Source: an uncultured virus (IMG/VR IMGVR_UViG_3300032050_000088)
Taxonomy: Duplodnaviria > Heunggongvirae > Uroviricota > Caudoviricetes
IMG/VR virus record: IMGVR_UViG_3300032050_000088
DNA length: 64,000 bases
Strand: one strand, 5' to 3'
Shown: positions 37,097 to 46,461 of the stretch, one piece after another
Layout: every line of letters begins with the position of its first letter
Numbering within the stretch: the first letter of the stretch is position 1
Notes under the pieces: generated by a model
Told to the model about the DNA's origin: nothing
Seen by the model: only the letters and a program-made list of their open reading frames with translations
Database searches by the model: none
Program-made: the position numbers and the translations under genes

Positions 37097-37327
37097 ATGC
37101 AAACACTAGTTTTTAACACAACAGAAAAAAAAGTTTGGGTGTATGACGGTACGGCTGAGGTCTCAAACTTAATTTACAAATTCGAAAATGTACCAACGGT
37201 AAAACCATTACAAGATTATTATGAAGTAATGCAAAGACTTGATAGCGAAAGTGCTCCATCAGGTTATTCATCAGTTCCTGTAGCAAGATTTCCAATTTCT
37301 AACACCAATATGATTATTGAGAAATGA
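37097..37327 (+). CDS. hypothetical protein
   Basis: ORF. Confidence 0.7.
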   Translation: MQTLVFNTTEKKVWVYDGTAEVSNLIYKFENVPTVKPLQDYYEVMQRLDSESAPSGYSSVPVARFPISNTNMIIEK

Positions 37328-37845
37328 GGTATAAAGTAGTTGTAGGTGGTCGTGGTGCAGAATGTTACGTTCATTTATTAGAAGATGAACAAAGACAGAG
37401 ATTATTTGAGTCGGATGTTGAAAACGATAATTGTGAGCCTGAAGTTATCAGTGAAATAGTAAATAAAAATGATATATTTGAAACTGATGATACTTTTTTG
37501 GGACCCTTTAATAACCCTGAACATTTTATAATTCAGGTTTATAACGAAAACGACGACCTAATTTGGGAATCTAAAAATGACCACGAATTTGAGGATTATA
37601 TTTTCGAATTTGTTTTTGAAGAGGACAAATCTTTGATAATTGAGGATTACACCAAGGGTCAATTTTTTCAATATGATATAGAATTGGATGAAGAATTTGA
37701 CCCAAAAAAATTAAAACCCATAGTTACCGAAATTGGAGAAAGGGTCGAGATTATTACGAATTTTACTTACAACGAAACAGATTTATCCCTTTTCAAGGAG
37801 TACGGAGATTATTGGAGCAAAGGGTTAACATATTATTTGAATTGA
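37324..37845 (+). CDS. hypothetical acidic protein
   Basis: ORF in operon. Confidence 0.75.
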   Translation: MRYKVVVGGRGAECYVHLLEDEQRQRLFESDVENDNCEPEVISEIVNKNDIFETDDTFLGPFNNPEHFIIQVYNENDDLIWESKNDHEFEDYIFEFVFEEDKSLIIEDYTKGQFFQYDIELDEEFDPKKLKPIVTEIGERVEIITNFTYNETDLSLFKEYGDYWSKGLTYYLN

Positions 37846-37900
37846 CTTTTATGTCTTTTTCTAGATATTTACCTTTATAATAAACTTATAAATTTTTAAA

Positions 37901-38686
37901 ATGAAAAAATTATTATTTCTTTTTCTACTTGGGATTTTAACAACAATGTCATCGTTTGCCCAAGCGGATACTGTTAAAACAAAAGGGTTGTTCTTTAGAC
38001 CCGCAAAAAAACAAAGTCCTTTTACAAGTGAGTTTGGATTATCAACATCAAATTTGTGGAGAGGTGTTGACGTGGGTAAACAACCCGTAATTAAAATGGT
38101 TGCTGATTACGAACCAGTTCAGTGGTTTACTTTGAATACTGAAGTTAATGCAGTATACAATCAATTTAGAGAGGGTTATGCTAACACAGTTAAAAATGCG
38201 GCTATGTTTAACATCCTAAACACATCTATCGGAGTTCAAGATATATATTTCAGTCAGAATACTCCTACTCAAATTGACACATCTTATTTCCACTATAATA
38301 AGAATACGACCAATCACTTCCTTGAGGCGGTGATAAAGTACAAGGGTGATGCTAAATCAAGAATTGACTTCTTAACATCTTATGTGTTTTATCAAAACGA
38401 GTCATATAAGAAAGGAGCGTTGTATTTTGAAGCAACATATCACTTAGATTACAATGCTGATTTATTCGTTGGTTATGTGACAGGAGAATCACAAGTTAAC
38501 TTCCAAAAAGAAAACGGATTTACTAATGTGGGTGTTGTTTTAAAGAGAACTTTATCATTCTCTAAGGGAACTGACGCAAATTCTCGTTTGACAATAATGG
38601 TAAATCCATTGTATAAAACAGTAATTGTGACAAATCCAAGTTTGGCTAATAGACCAATAACTGCTAATTTACAGATATTGTTTTAA
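37901..38686 (+). CDS. putative outer-membrane beta-barrel (TorF-like porin)
   Basis: Signal peptide; S.NLWRG...QP motif; alternating beta strands; C-terminal Phe. Confidence 0.65.
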   Translation: MKKLLFLFLLGILTTMSSFAQADTVKTKGLFFRPAKKQSPFTSEFGLSTSNLWRGVDVGKQPVIKMVADYEPVQWFTLNTEVNAVYNQFREGYANTVKNAAMFNILNTSIGVQDIYFSQNTPTQIDTSYFHYNKNTTNHFLEAVIKYKGDAKSRIDFLTSYVFYQNESYKKGALYFEATYHLDYNADLFVGYVTGESQVNFQKENGFTNVGVVLKRTLSFSKGTDANSRLTIMVNPLYKTVIVTNPSLANRPITANLQILF

Positions 38687-38704
38687 TAAAAAATAAATCA
38701 ATTT

Positions 38705-38732
38705 AAATGGGGACCTTGAGTCCCCATTTTTT
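38705..38732 (+). terminator. intrinsic terminator
   Basis: AAATGGGGAC/GTCCCCATTT plus T-run. Confidence 0.8.
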
Positions 38733-38849
38733 ATTTACCATGAAAAAATTATCAAACATATTTCATTTTTTATCTTTTCATATTCCTTTTACTGTAATTT
38801 ATTATATGAAAAAAATTACTAATAAGTTTTAAATATATTTATAATTGAT

Positions 38850-39239
38850 ATGAAAGTTATAGTTACTCATAGAAACTCAGGAATCCCACAGAAAGATTAT
38901 AAATTGTTAGATTTGTTTATGAGATTCTTACAAAAACAGTTCCCACTTAAACACGACCTGAAAGTTTTTTTTATTTCTGAAAGAACAGGAAAAATGACTA
39001 CAGGTAGTAGGAATGATGAGAATGAAATTAAAATTTTAACAAAAGGAAGAATTTATAGGGATATTCTAAGAACATTGGCACACGAGTGGGTTCACGAATA
39101 TCAAAGAGACGTGTTAAAATGGAAACACGGACCGGACATAGGAGGTAGAAATGAAGATATGGCAAATAGCGAGGCCGGGGCTCTCATGAAAATGTTTGAG
39201 AAAATATACCCCGACCTCGAAGATAAGATGTATGAGTGA
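38850..39239 (+). CDS. small HEXXH metallopeptidase-like protein
   Basis: LRTLAHEWVHEYQ...NEDMAN. Confidence 0.7.
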   Translation: MKVIVTHRNSGIPQKDYKLLDLFMRFLQKQFPLKHDLKVFFISERTGKMTTGSRNDENEIKILTKGRIYRDILRTLAHEWVHEYQRDVLKWKHGPDIGGRNEDMANSEAGALMKMFEKIYPDLEDKMYE

Positions 39240-39665
39240 TTAGTCTATGCTAACCAACTCCAAATCAAAGATGAGTTTCTTACCTGCCAAAGGATGATTT
39301 GCATCAACCATAGCTGATTTTTCATTCACTTCTTTAACAACTACCATTACTGGACCACGCTCAGTCATCCCCTGTAGTTGGTCACCAACTTTAACATTTT
39401 CAGGAAGATTCTCAAGAGGTACTTCACTTACCATACCCTCAATAACTTGACCGTATGCGTCTTCAGGAGCAATTTCAATAGTTCTTTTATCACCAATTGA
39501 CATTCCCATCAAACCTGATTCAAAACCTTTGATTAATTGTCCTTGTCCCAATACTGCGGCCAATGGTTCACGACCCTCAGTCAATGAAGAATCGAATACA
39601 GAACCGTCTTCCAAACGTCCTGTGTAGTTAACTTTTACGGAGTCACCGTTTTGTACTATTTTCAT
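39240..39665 (-). CDS. FKBP-type peptidyl-prolyl isomerase (SlyD/SlpA-like)
   Basis: YTGRLEDGSVFDSS, PEDAYG, DANHPLAGKKL.F; upstream TTGATG-17-TATAAT. Confidence 0.95.
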   Translation of the reverse strand: MKIVQNGDSVKVNYTGRLEDGSVFDSSLTEGREPLAAVLGQGQLIKGFESGLMGMSIGDKRTIEIAPEDAYGQVIEGMVSEVPLENLPENVKVGDQLQGMTERGPVMVVVKEVNEKSAMVDANHPLAGKKLIFDLELVSID

Positions 39666-39798
39666 TTTATATGTTTTTACTAATTATAGGTGAAAAATCA
39701 TAACTCATCAAATATTTTTTGTAAAAAAATTTTTTAATCATTTTTTTTACTATATTTGTATAGTTATTATTATTAAATCATTAAATTTTAAGGTAAAA

Positions 39799-39975
39799 AT
39801 GTCAAACGAGAAATTTTTAGAGGAAATACTATACTCCGCACACAAAAGTGGGGTTTTTAGTCAATTTATGGAAGAAATTGATTCAAAAATTAAGTCAGGT
39901 GATAGTATCACAACTCATGACGCTGCCCCAAAAGTATATTATGAATTTAAAAACAGGGGTTTGATTCAAGATTGA
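39799..39975 (+). CDS. small hypothetical protein (58 aa), not in ORF track
   Basis: MSNEKFLEEILYSAH...; TATATTTG at 39751. Confidence 0.55.
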   Translation: MSNEKFLEEILYSAHKSGVFSQFMEEIDSKIKSGDSITTHDAAPKVYYEFKNRGLIQD

Positions 39976-40247
39976 CTGACCAAATCGTAAGTTGCAACCA
40001 ATGCGAACTTATCATGCTCAAAATTTGACCATTTTAAACTTTCCTCGATTAAAAAATTGAGACCATCCAACCTACTTTCTTCAAAAAGAGAGATGTCAGT
40101 CATAAAAAGTTTACAATCAATCAAATAATGTTTATTAACCGTACAAAATTTAACATGATTTATAATAATATAGCTGTCTTTACCGTATAAAGCCTCTAAA
40201 TCTTTGGAAAAAACATAATTTAAGAGGACAGAAAGGCAAGTTTTCAT
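39966..40247 (-). CDS. hypothetical protein
   Basis: Start moved to 40247, behind TATTTAT. Confidence 0.6.
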   Translation of the reverse strand: MKTCLSVLLNYVFSKDLEALYGKDSYIIINHVKFCTVNKHYLIDCKLFMTDISLFEESRLDGLNFLIEESLKWSNFEHDKFALVATYDLVSQS

Positions 40248-40283
40248 ATATTTTATAAATATAAACCTAATTTTACTAAAAGT

Positions 40284-40496
40284 ATGGATATTTTGATAGA
40301 GTTTCAATGGGTATTGTCGGTTTTAGAGTCCTGTGAGACTAGAAAACAGGTGAATTCTTCATTAAGACTATTTGAACAGTTTATAAAAAAGTGGGATTAC
40401 GAAATTTCTGAAGAAATTAAGTTAAAATACATAAATAAATTTGAAGATTCAAAAAAAGACCAAATTTGTAAGATAGTTTCAGGTAAAAACGAATAA
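40284..40496 (+). CDS. hypothetical protein
   Basis: ORF. Confidence 0.6.
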   Translation: MDILIEFQWVLSVLESCETRKQVNSSLRLFEQFIKKWDYEISEEIKLKYINKFEDSKKDQICKIVSGKNE

Positions 40497-40551
40497 AATT
40501 ACTATTTTTGACCTTAAAATTGACATATTTTTGATTTTTAGGTATATTTAT

Positions 40552-40622
40552 CAAAACTATCACTCTCATCTGAGAGCCTATATATAGAAAAAGGGACTTA
40601 AATTTTGTTAAGTCCCTTTTTT
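40552..40622 (+). ncRNA. candidate small non-coding RNA
   Basis: Promoter motifs, CTCTC-ATCT-GAGAG hairpin and strong terminator, no ATG. Confidence 0.35.
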
Positions 40623-40651
40623 CATTAAAAAACTTGTCGTATATTTGTACT

Positions 40652-40891
40652 ATGAAAGCAAAACTTGAATTTAACTTAGACGATTTTGATGACCGAATAG
40701 CCCATGAAAGATGTGTTAAGGCAACTGACATGGCGTTTGTACTTTGGGAACTAACCCATAATTCTTATCGCAGTATAACCAATGGTTATGGTGAAGATGA
40801 TGGTTTTCATAAGGGAGTTGATGCCGTTTATGATAAACTTCGCGAACTTTTGGAAGAAAACGGTATACACCCTGATAAATTAATCGTATGA
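40652..40891 (+). CDS. hypothetical phage protein (MKAKLEFNL...)
   Basis: TATATTTG 4 nt before the ATG. Confidence 0.75.
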   Translation: MKAKLEFNLDDFDDRIAHERCVKATDMAFVLWELTHNSYRSITNGYGEDDGFHKGVDAVYDKLRELLEENGIHPDKLIV

Positions 40892-40963
40892 AAAAGTTTT
40901 GGAAGAAAGTTGTTGAATTTTTTAAAATAGTTTCAGAAGGAATAGATAAAACACAATATAAAA

Positions 40964-41482
40964 ATGGCTGGGGTAAACTTTAATAACATAACATATCCGT
41001 TCAGGAGATTTTTCAGGAAGATAAAGAATGTTTTTCGATGGCTTCCTACAATTTGGAAAGATGAAGACTATGATAACCACTTCATTGTTGAAATCTTAAT
41101 CAAAAAACTTGAGCATACTAGAGATTTCTTTTTGTCTGACAGGACACACATCACGGAGGCAAAAAAAGTCGCTGAAGAAATTCAAGAAGCGATTGATAGA
41201 CTTCATATGACCCGTGATAGTTGGGAATTCTATGAGGAACAGGCTCATGAAATAATAACAGAAAAGTGGGGTGAGAGTAAATTCAACTGGACACCAACTA
41301 ATGATGGAACCGGCTCCATGTATTTGGATATTGAGCATGAGAATGTAAAAACTCCTGAAGATAAGGAACAATACTCAAAAGAATTCAGAGCGGCACTGAA
41401 AAGTGCCAAAAAGGAATACATGAAAGATAAAAAAGAAGCATATAAATTTATCGCCAAACACATTGATGGTTGGTGGGACTAA
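40964..41482 (+). CDS. hypothetical phage protein
   Basis: ORF ending GWWD. Confidence 0.75.
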   Translation: MAGVNFNNITYPFRRFFRKIKNVFRWLPTIWKDEDYDNHFIVEILIKKLEHTRDFFLSDRTHITEAKKVAEEIQEAIDRLHMTRDSWEFYEEQAHEIITEKWGESKFNWTPTNDGTGSMYLDIEHENVKTPEDKEQYSKEFRAALKSAKKEYMKDKKEAYKFIAKHIDGWWD

Positions 41483-41494
41483 AAAATTAAAATT

Positions 41495-42016
41495 ATGGAA
41501 TGGTACATTGTAAGAGCACAAGCAAATCGTGAGAGAAAAGTCTCAGAAAGAATTTTAAAAGAAGCGGACAAAGGGGAACTCAATGGAGTAATCGGAAGAG
41601 TTGTGGTTCCAATGGAAAAGGTTTTCGCAACAAAAGATGGTAAAAAAACACAACGAGAAAAAGTTCTATTTCCTGGTTACGTTTTTGTTGAAACATCTGC
41701 AATTGGAGAATTAAAACAAGTTGTTAAAAAAATTGACGGAGCGACAGGTTTGTTGTCTGATAGAGCTGGAAATATTCAAATCGTATCAGACCAAGAAGTA
41801 AACCGAATGATTGGTCTACACGAGGAAAACAAAACAAAAAGTTTTTCAGACATATTCAGTGTTGGAGATGAAGTTACCGTAACTGAAGGTCCGTTCACAT
41901 CCTTTAAGGGGAACATTGAATTTATTGATAAAGAAAAAGGTAAACTTAAAGTAAATGTTCTTATATTTGGCAGACCAACATCTGTTGAATTAGAGGACAC
42001 CCAAGTAAGAAAATGA
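41495..42016 (+). CDS. nusG: transcription elongation factor NusG
   Basis: WYIV, FPGYVFVE, KOW domain GPF..F.G, IFGRPTSVEL. Confidence 0.93.
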   Translation: MEWYIVRAQANRERKVSERILKEADKGELNGVIGRVVVPMEKVFATKDGKKTQREKVLFPGYVFVETSAIGELKQVVKKIDGATGLLSDRAGNIQIVSDQEVNRMIGLHEENKTKSFSDIFSVGDEVTVTEGPFTSFKGNIEFIDKEKGKLKVNVLIFGRPTSVELEDTQVRK

Positions 42017-42702
42017 AAATAACACTCATCAGCGATACTCATAACAAACACAAACAGGTAACAAGTTCTTTACCTGGCGGTGATTTATTGATTCATGCTG
42101 GTGATATATCATCAAGGGGTTATAAGCATGAAATCCAAGAATTCTGTAAGTGGTTTAACAGTTTGGATAATTATACTGTAAAGGTATTCATCGCTGGAAA
42201 CCACGACTTTGGATTTCAAACAGAACCTAAAATGGCGAAAGAGATTGTTGGTTCCTACAAGTGGATTGATTATCTCCAAGATAATTTTTTGGGTTACGGA
42301 GTTGATACTGAAAATTATGTAAAAATTTATGGTAGTCCTTGGCAACCTGAATTTAATGGTTGGGCGTTTAACCTACCAAAAGATGGGTGGGAACTTAAAC
42401 AAGCTTGGGATGAAATACCGGATGATATTGATATACTTGTAACTCACGGGCCAGCATTTGGTTATTTGGATACAATTATGGGTCAGTATGATAATCTTGG
42501 ATGTGAATTACTGACAAAGAGAATTAAAACAATTAAACCCAAAATTCATGTCTGCGGACATATACATTCGGGGTATGGTTATGTTTTTGATGGTGATACT
42601 CACTTCATTAATGCTTCCGTTTTAGATGAACAGTATCAATACACCCAAAAACCACTAACAGTAGAATGGGACCCTGTAACGAATAAGTTGGAGTTTATTT
42701 AA
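42013..42702 (+). CDS. metallophosphoesterase
   Basis: SDTH, HAGD, AGNHD, THGP, GHIH. Confidence 0.9.
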   Translation: MKITLISDTHNKHKQVTSSLPGGDLLIHAGDISSRGYKHEIQEFCKWFNSLDNYTVKVFIAGNHDFGFQTEPKMAKEIVGSYKWIDYLQDNFLGYGVDTENYVKIYGSPWQPEFNGWAFNLPKDGWELKQAWDEIPDDIDILVTHGPAFGYLDTIMGQYDNLGCELLTKRIKTIKPKIHVCGHIHSGYGYVFDGDTHFINASVLDEQYQYTQKPLTVEWDPVTNKLEFI

Positions 42703-42706
42703 TTTG

Positions 42707-42734
42707 AAACCCGTCGAATTTGGCGGGTTTTTTT
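42707..42734 (+). terminator. intrinsic terminator
   Basis: AAACCCGTC/GGCGGGTTT plus T-run. Confidence 0.8.
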
Positions 42735-42797
42735 ATTGGGGTAAAATTATAGTAAATCGAAAAATTTTATCAAGAGTTTAATGATATTTATCAGAGT

Positions 42798-44390
42798 ATG
42801 GATAGAAAAATCAAAATACTCATTTCGTTGTCATTCGTCATAATGTTGGTGTTCTTCGTCGTTAAAACTGCGGTTTTAGTTGAACTTACCCCAAGCACAA
42901 GATTAACAAGAGGAACAGAATATGTTTGTTTTTTATTCTTTATCCCCGTTTTTTTCAGTTTGATTAGACACTACATTAAAACTAGTAGATTATATAATAA
43001 ATTTAAAGAATTTGAGAAGTTTGTTGACACATCTGTATTAGTTAGTAAAGCCGATAAGAATGGTAAGATAACATATGTTAACAAAAAATTCAGTGAAGTA
43101 TCTGGATGGAGCTTAGAAGAGGCCATTGGAAAAGACCACAAAATAGTTAATTCAGGGTACCACCCCAAAGAGATGTGGCAAGAAATGTATAAAACCACAA
43201 TCGTAGATAAACAAATTTGGAATAAAGTTGTAACCAATATTTCAAAAGACGGACATTTATATTGGGTTGATTCATATATTAAAGCCGAGTTCAGAGGAAA
43301 TGGAGAACTAAAAGGATTTACATCATTAAGGTATGATGTCTCAGATGTTAAGAAAAAAGAACTTGAGATTAGAAATAGAATGAATGCTATTAACCAATCC
43401 AATGCAGTTATTGAGTTTGATTTAACCGGTACTATAATGTATGCTAACAAAAATTTCTGTGATGTTATGGGATATGATATGGAAGAAATTACAGGAAAAC
43501 ACCACAGAATATTTTTAACTGAGGATTATTCAAATTCAGTTGAATACAAAGAATTTTGGGATAAGTTAAAGGGTGGTAATTTCATATCTGCTCAATTTAC
43601 AAGGATTAAAAAGAATGGGGATGAAATTTGGTTACAAGCCACATATAACCCAATCTTTGATAATGATAATAAAGTTATCAGAATTATGAAAATAGCGATT
43701 GATATTACTGATAAAGTTTTACAATCCCAAGAGATAGAGAAGAAAAACACTTATCTGGAACATGCTGCCAAGATATTAAGACACGATATGCACTCAGGTA
43801 TTAACACTTATATGCCAAGAGGTTTAAGTTCTTTGGAAAGAAGATTGAAAGTTGAAGATATTGAAAATTTGAAAATCGAGGCTCCGATTAAAATGATTAA
43901 GGAGGGTTTAAGACACTCACAAAAGGTTTATAAAGGAGTTTATGAATTTACAAATTTGGTTAAAAAAGATGTGGTGTTAAATAAAGCTGAATGTGATTTA
44001 AGAGAGATACTAAATGATTACTTATCATCAACGGCTTATCATAGTCAGGTTATAATTGAAGAGTTACCAACCATAGAAGTTAATGAAGCGTTGTTCTGTA
44101 CGGCGATAGACAACTTAATTAGAAATGGATTGAAGTATAATGACTCAGAATCAAAATTTGTAAAAATATATATGGAAGGTGATAACCTTATAGTCCAAGA
44201 TAATGGAAGAGGTATTGACCAAGAAGATTTTGACCATTTATCAAAACCATATACAAGAAAAGAAGGACAAAAAGAATCAGGAACCGGACTCGGATTAAAC
44301 ATATGTGTTGCAATATTGCAAGAGCACAAGTTTTTGGTAAGATGTGAGAAAAATGAGATAGGAACTAAACTGAAAATAAAAATAAAATAA
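42798..44390 (+). CDS. membrane-anchored PAS-PAS sensor histidine kinase
   Basis: Two TM; two PAS/PAC domains; H-box LRHDM; N-box NLIRNGLKY; DNGRGI; GTGLGL. Confidence 0.93.
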   Translation: MDRKIKILISLSFVIMLVFFVVKTAVLVELTPSTRLTRGTEYVCFLFFIPVFFSLIRHYIKTSRLYNKFKEFEKFVDTSVLVSKADKNGKITYVNKKFSEVSGWSLEEAIGKDHKIVNSGYHPKEMWQEMYKTTIVDKQIWNKVVTNISKDGHLYWVDSYIKAEFRGNGELKGFTSLRYDVSDVKKKELEIRNRMNAINQSNAVIEFDLTGTIMYANKNFCDVMGYDMEEITGKHHRIFLTEDYSNSVEYKEFWDKLKGGNFISAQFTRIKKNGDEIWLQATYNPIFDNDNKVIRIMKIAIDITDKVLQSQEIEKKNTYLEHAAKILRHDMHSGINTYMPRGLSSLERRLKVEDIENLKIEAPIKMIKEGLRHSQKVYKGVYEFTNLVKKDVVLNKAECDLREILNDYLSSTAYHSQVIIEELPTIEVNEALFCTAIDNLIRNGLKYNDSESKFVKIYMEGDNLIVQDNGRGIDQEDFDHLSKPYTRKEGQKESGTGLGLNICVAILQEHKFLVRCEKNEIGTKLKIKIK

Positions 44391-44398
44391 AAAAAACT

Positions 44399-44830
44399 AT
44401 GATTGATTCTATTTTACTTGTAGATGACGAGGATTTATTCCATTTAGTGTTTGAGGACAGTTGTTCTCTTTTAGATATAACATTATCTTTAAAAAGTTTA
44501 AATAGTTCAGATGAAGCCGCCAAATTATTTGAAAAATGGCAATCAAACAAGGCAGATAAACCTGAATGTGTATTTGTTGACTTGAATATTATCGGGTCTT
44601 CATTTGATGGTATTGAGCTTATTAGAAAGATTAACTTTGAATATGGTAATAATGTTGTAATCGGAATTATTTCATCTTCAAATGAACCTGAGGAGCAGGC
44701 AAAGGCAATTCAGTCAGGGGCTCAATTTTGGATTATAAAATCAGACGAGATTGAACCAAGATTAGAGGAGTTTAAGAAAGATTATGAAGGTTACAAAAAC
44801 AGAACCGCTCCGTTTAAAATTTACAAATGA
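44399..44830 (+). CDS. single-domain response regulator (receiver)
   Basis: LLVDDE, FVDLN, ISSS, IIK. Confidence 0.9.
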   Translation: MIDSILLVDDEDLFHLVFEDSCSLLDITLSLKSLNSSDEAAKLFEKWQSNKADKPECVFVDLNIIGSSFDGIELIRKINFEYGNNVVIGIISSSNEPEEQAKAIQSGAQFWIIKSDEIEPRLEEFKKDYEGYKNRTAPFKIYK

Positions 44831-45516
44831 TAAAATTAACCCCTGAAATACAGAAAGAATTAATTACCTTATCCGAAAACAAAAACTTATTTTTGGAAGG
44901 GAATATTGTTAAGGTAATTAATTCTGATGGGGATGATGATTTTAAAGAATACCTTAAAAAGTGTGGGGAAAAGGATGTTGCAAATAGAAAAAAGAGACTT
45001 GATATAACCAAACAAATCCAAACCCAAAATAAAGAATTATCTGATTTAAACTCCCAAAACCAAAAAATATTAGAAGAACTCCAAACTACATTAAAGGAAG
45101 TAGAAGAATCCAAATTAACATTTGAAGTTCAAAACAGAGAACTAAACGAGTGGAAACTGGATAATTTGAGGTTAACGGAAGAATTAAAGGTGGAGATGGT
45201 TAAATCCGAACAAGCAAGGGTTGAGGCTGAAAAGGCAAAACAACATGCCGAAAATGATTTGGATGTGTTACAAAAGAAAACTCAATTTGAGTTAATAAAT
45301 ACAATTGTAAGAGTTGCGTTGATTGTAATTATTGGAGTTGGGATAGTTACCACGGCATTATATTCTGTGGCATTATTCACAGGTCAAGATACACAAATAA
45401 TTGGGTCAACTTGGAGCAATATGTTTGGTATATTATTAACAAACGCATTTAGTATTGTCGGAACAATAATGGGTGTTAAGTACGCATCTGAAAAGCCAAA
45501 AAAAGGGGGTCAATGA
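44827..45516 (+). CDS. coiled-coil protein with two C-terminal TM helices
   Basis: Heptad-rich middle; two hydrophobic segments; ATGA overlap with the receiver gene. Confidence 0.75.
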   Translation: MIKLTPEIQKELITLSENKNLFLEGNIVKVINSDGDDDFKEYLKKCGEKDVANRKKRLDITKQIQTQNKELSDLNSQNQKILEELQTTLKEVEESKLTFEVQNRELNEWKLDNLRLTEELKVEMVKSEQARVEAEKAKQHAENDLDVLQKKTQFELINTIVRVALIVIIGVGIVTTALYSVALFTGQDTQIIGSTWSNMFGILLTNAFSIVGTIMGVKYASEKPKKGGQ

Positions 45517-45530
45517 CCCCCCATTTTCAT

Positions 45531-46388
45531 TTAAAATTTCTGTAAATCACCATAATTCATGTGTAATTCAGCATGTTCATCTTTCATCATTTGGTAAGCT
45601 CTTGCAAGACGAGTCAAACCGATACCACCACCAAATCTTTTAAAGAATTTGTGAGATAAAAACTCCTCAAGTTCCTTCTCAACTCGCTCTTTTCCAAATA
45701 ATTCAAACAATTTGTTAGAATATCCGCCATTTTCGATGGTATAAAACATTTCTCTCATTTCATCAACGTCACAACTTCTTTCAGCAGAGCCAATAGTTTC
45801 TTGACCATAAAGAATAACATCAATTTTGTTAAATTTGTCATTCTGACCTGACTTCATATTCCAAAATGGGTTAGTCCTGAGTGGGAAATTTTGTAGAGAT
45901 ACAACACAACCTTTTTCTTTCCACATTCTTGACTCATGTTCGTTTTCCAAAATCTTAACTCCACCGTATTCGCTACAAACATCATCGTAATTTACTTCGA
46001 CTGGGGTGTCAAAACCTAAAAACGTTAAAAGTTCCAATTCCAATCTTTTTAATTCTTCCATTCCACCTTTTGATTCAAACTCAAACATGGGAAAGATTAA
46101 TTCGTGACGACCAGGGATTGGGTCTTTTTCTTGACGATAAGAAGTTGAGATACAGAACACACCTGGCCACTCAGGATTCTTTAATAGTTCATACTCCAAC
46201 CACATCTGACCTGTTTGGGGTAACGGCCAAATCTCACCTTTATACTCAAATGTGGTGATTGAGTGTGGATTCTCACATGCCGCAAGAATTGATAGTCTTG
46301 ATTGAGTAGGAACCTCAATAAAACCTTTGTTTAGGAAAAAAGTCCTCATTTTTTGGACCAACTCGTGATAAATTTTTGTGTTTTTCAT
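45531..46388 (-). CDS. AsnRS catalytic-domain paralog (asparagine synthetase-like), no anticodon-binding domain
   Basis: Class II aaRS motifs: F.EVPT, SYRQE...RH...F.MFEFE, GSAER, GGGIGLTRL; only 285 aa. Confidence 0.75.
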   Translation of the reverse strand: MKNTKIYHELVQKMRTFFLNKGFIEVPTQSRLSILAACENPHSITTFEYKGEIWPLPQTGQMWLEYELLKNPEWPGVFCISTSYRQEKDPIPGRHELIFPMFEFESKGGMEELKRLELELLTFLGFDTPVEVNYDDVCSEYGGVKILENEHESRMWKEKGCVVSLQNFPLRTNPFWNMKSGQNDKFNKIDVILYGQETIGSAERSCDVDEMREMFYTIENGGYSNKLFELFGKERVEKELEEFLSHKFFKRFGGGIGLTRLARAYQMMKDEHAELHMNYGDLQKF

Positions 46389-46401
46389 ATAACTTTTGGG
46401 T

Positions 46402-46427
46402 AAAAAAAAACCTCCCGAAGGAGGTTT
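46402..46427 (-). terminator. terminator hairpin in the leader of the Asn synthetase-like gene
   Basis: Minus strand AAACCTCC-TTCG-GGAGG-T9, 13 nt before the ATG. Confidence 0.85.
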
Positions 46428-46431
46428 ACGT

Positions 46432-46461
46432 TTATTTATTATTTATTAAATTGTTTATCAT
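46432..46461 (-). CDS. putative Asn-rich leader peptide MINNLINNK
   Basis: ATG 6 nt after TATTTAT (46468-46474); 4 of 9 codons are Asn; stop 4 nt before the hairpin. Confidence 0.6.
   Translation of the reverse strand: MINNLINNK

Noticed and set aside
45531..46388. Functional asparaginyl-tRNA synthetase or EF-P lysyl ligase EpmA
   Set aside because: No N-terminal anticodon-binding OB domain; motifs look Asn/Asp-type and the Asn-rich leader favours a synthetase. EpmA is not formally excluded without a profile search.
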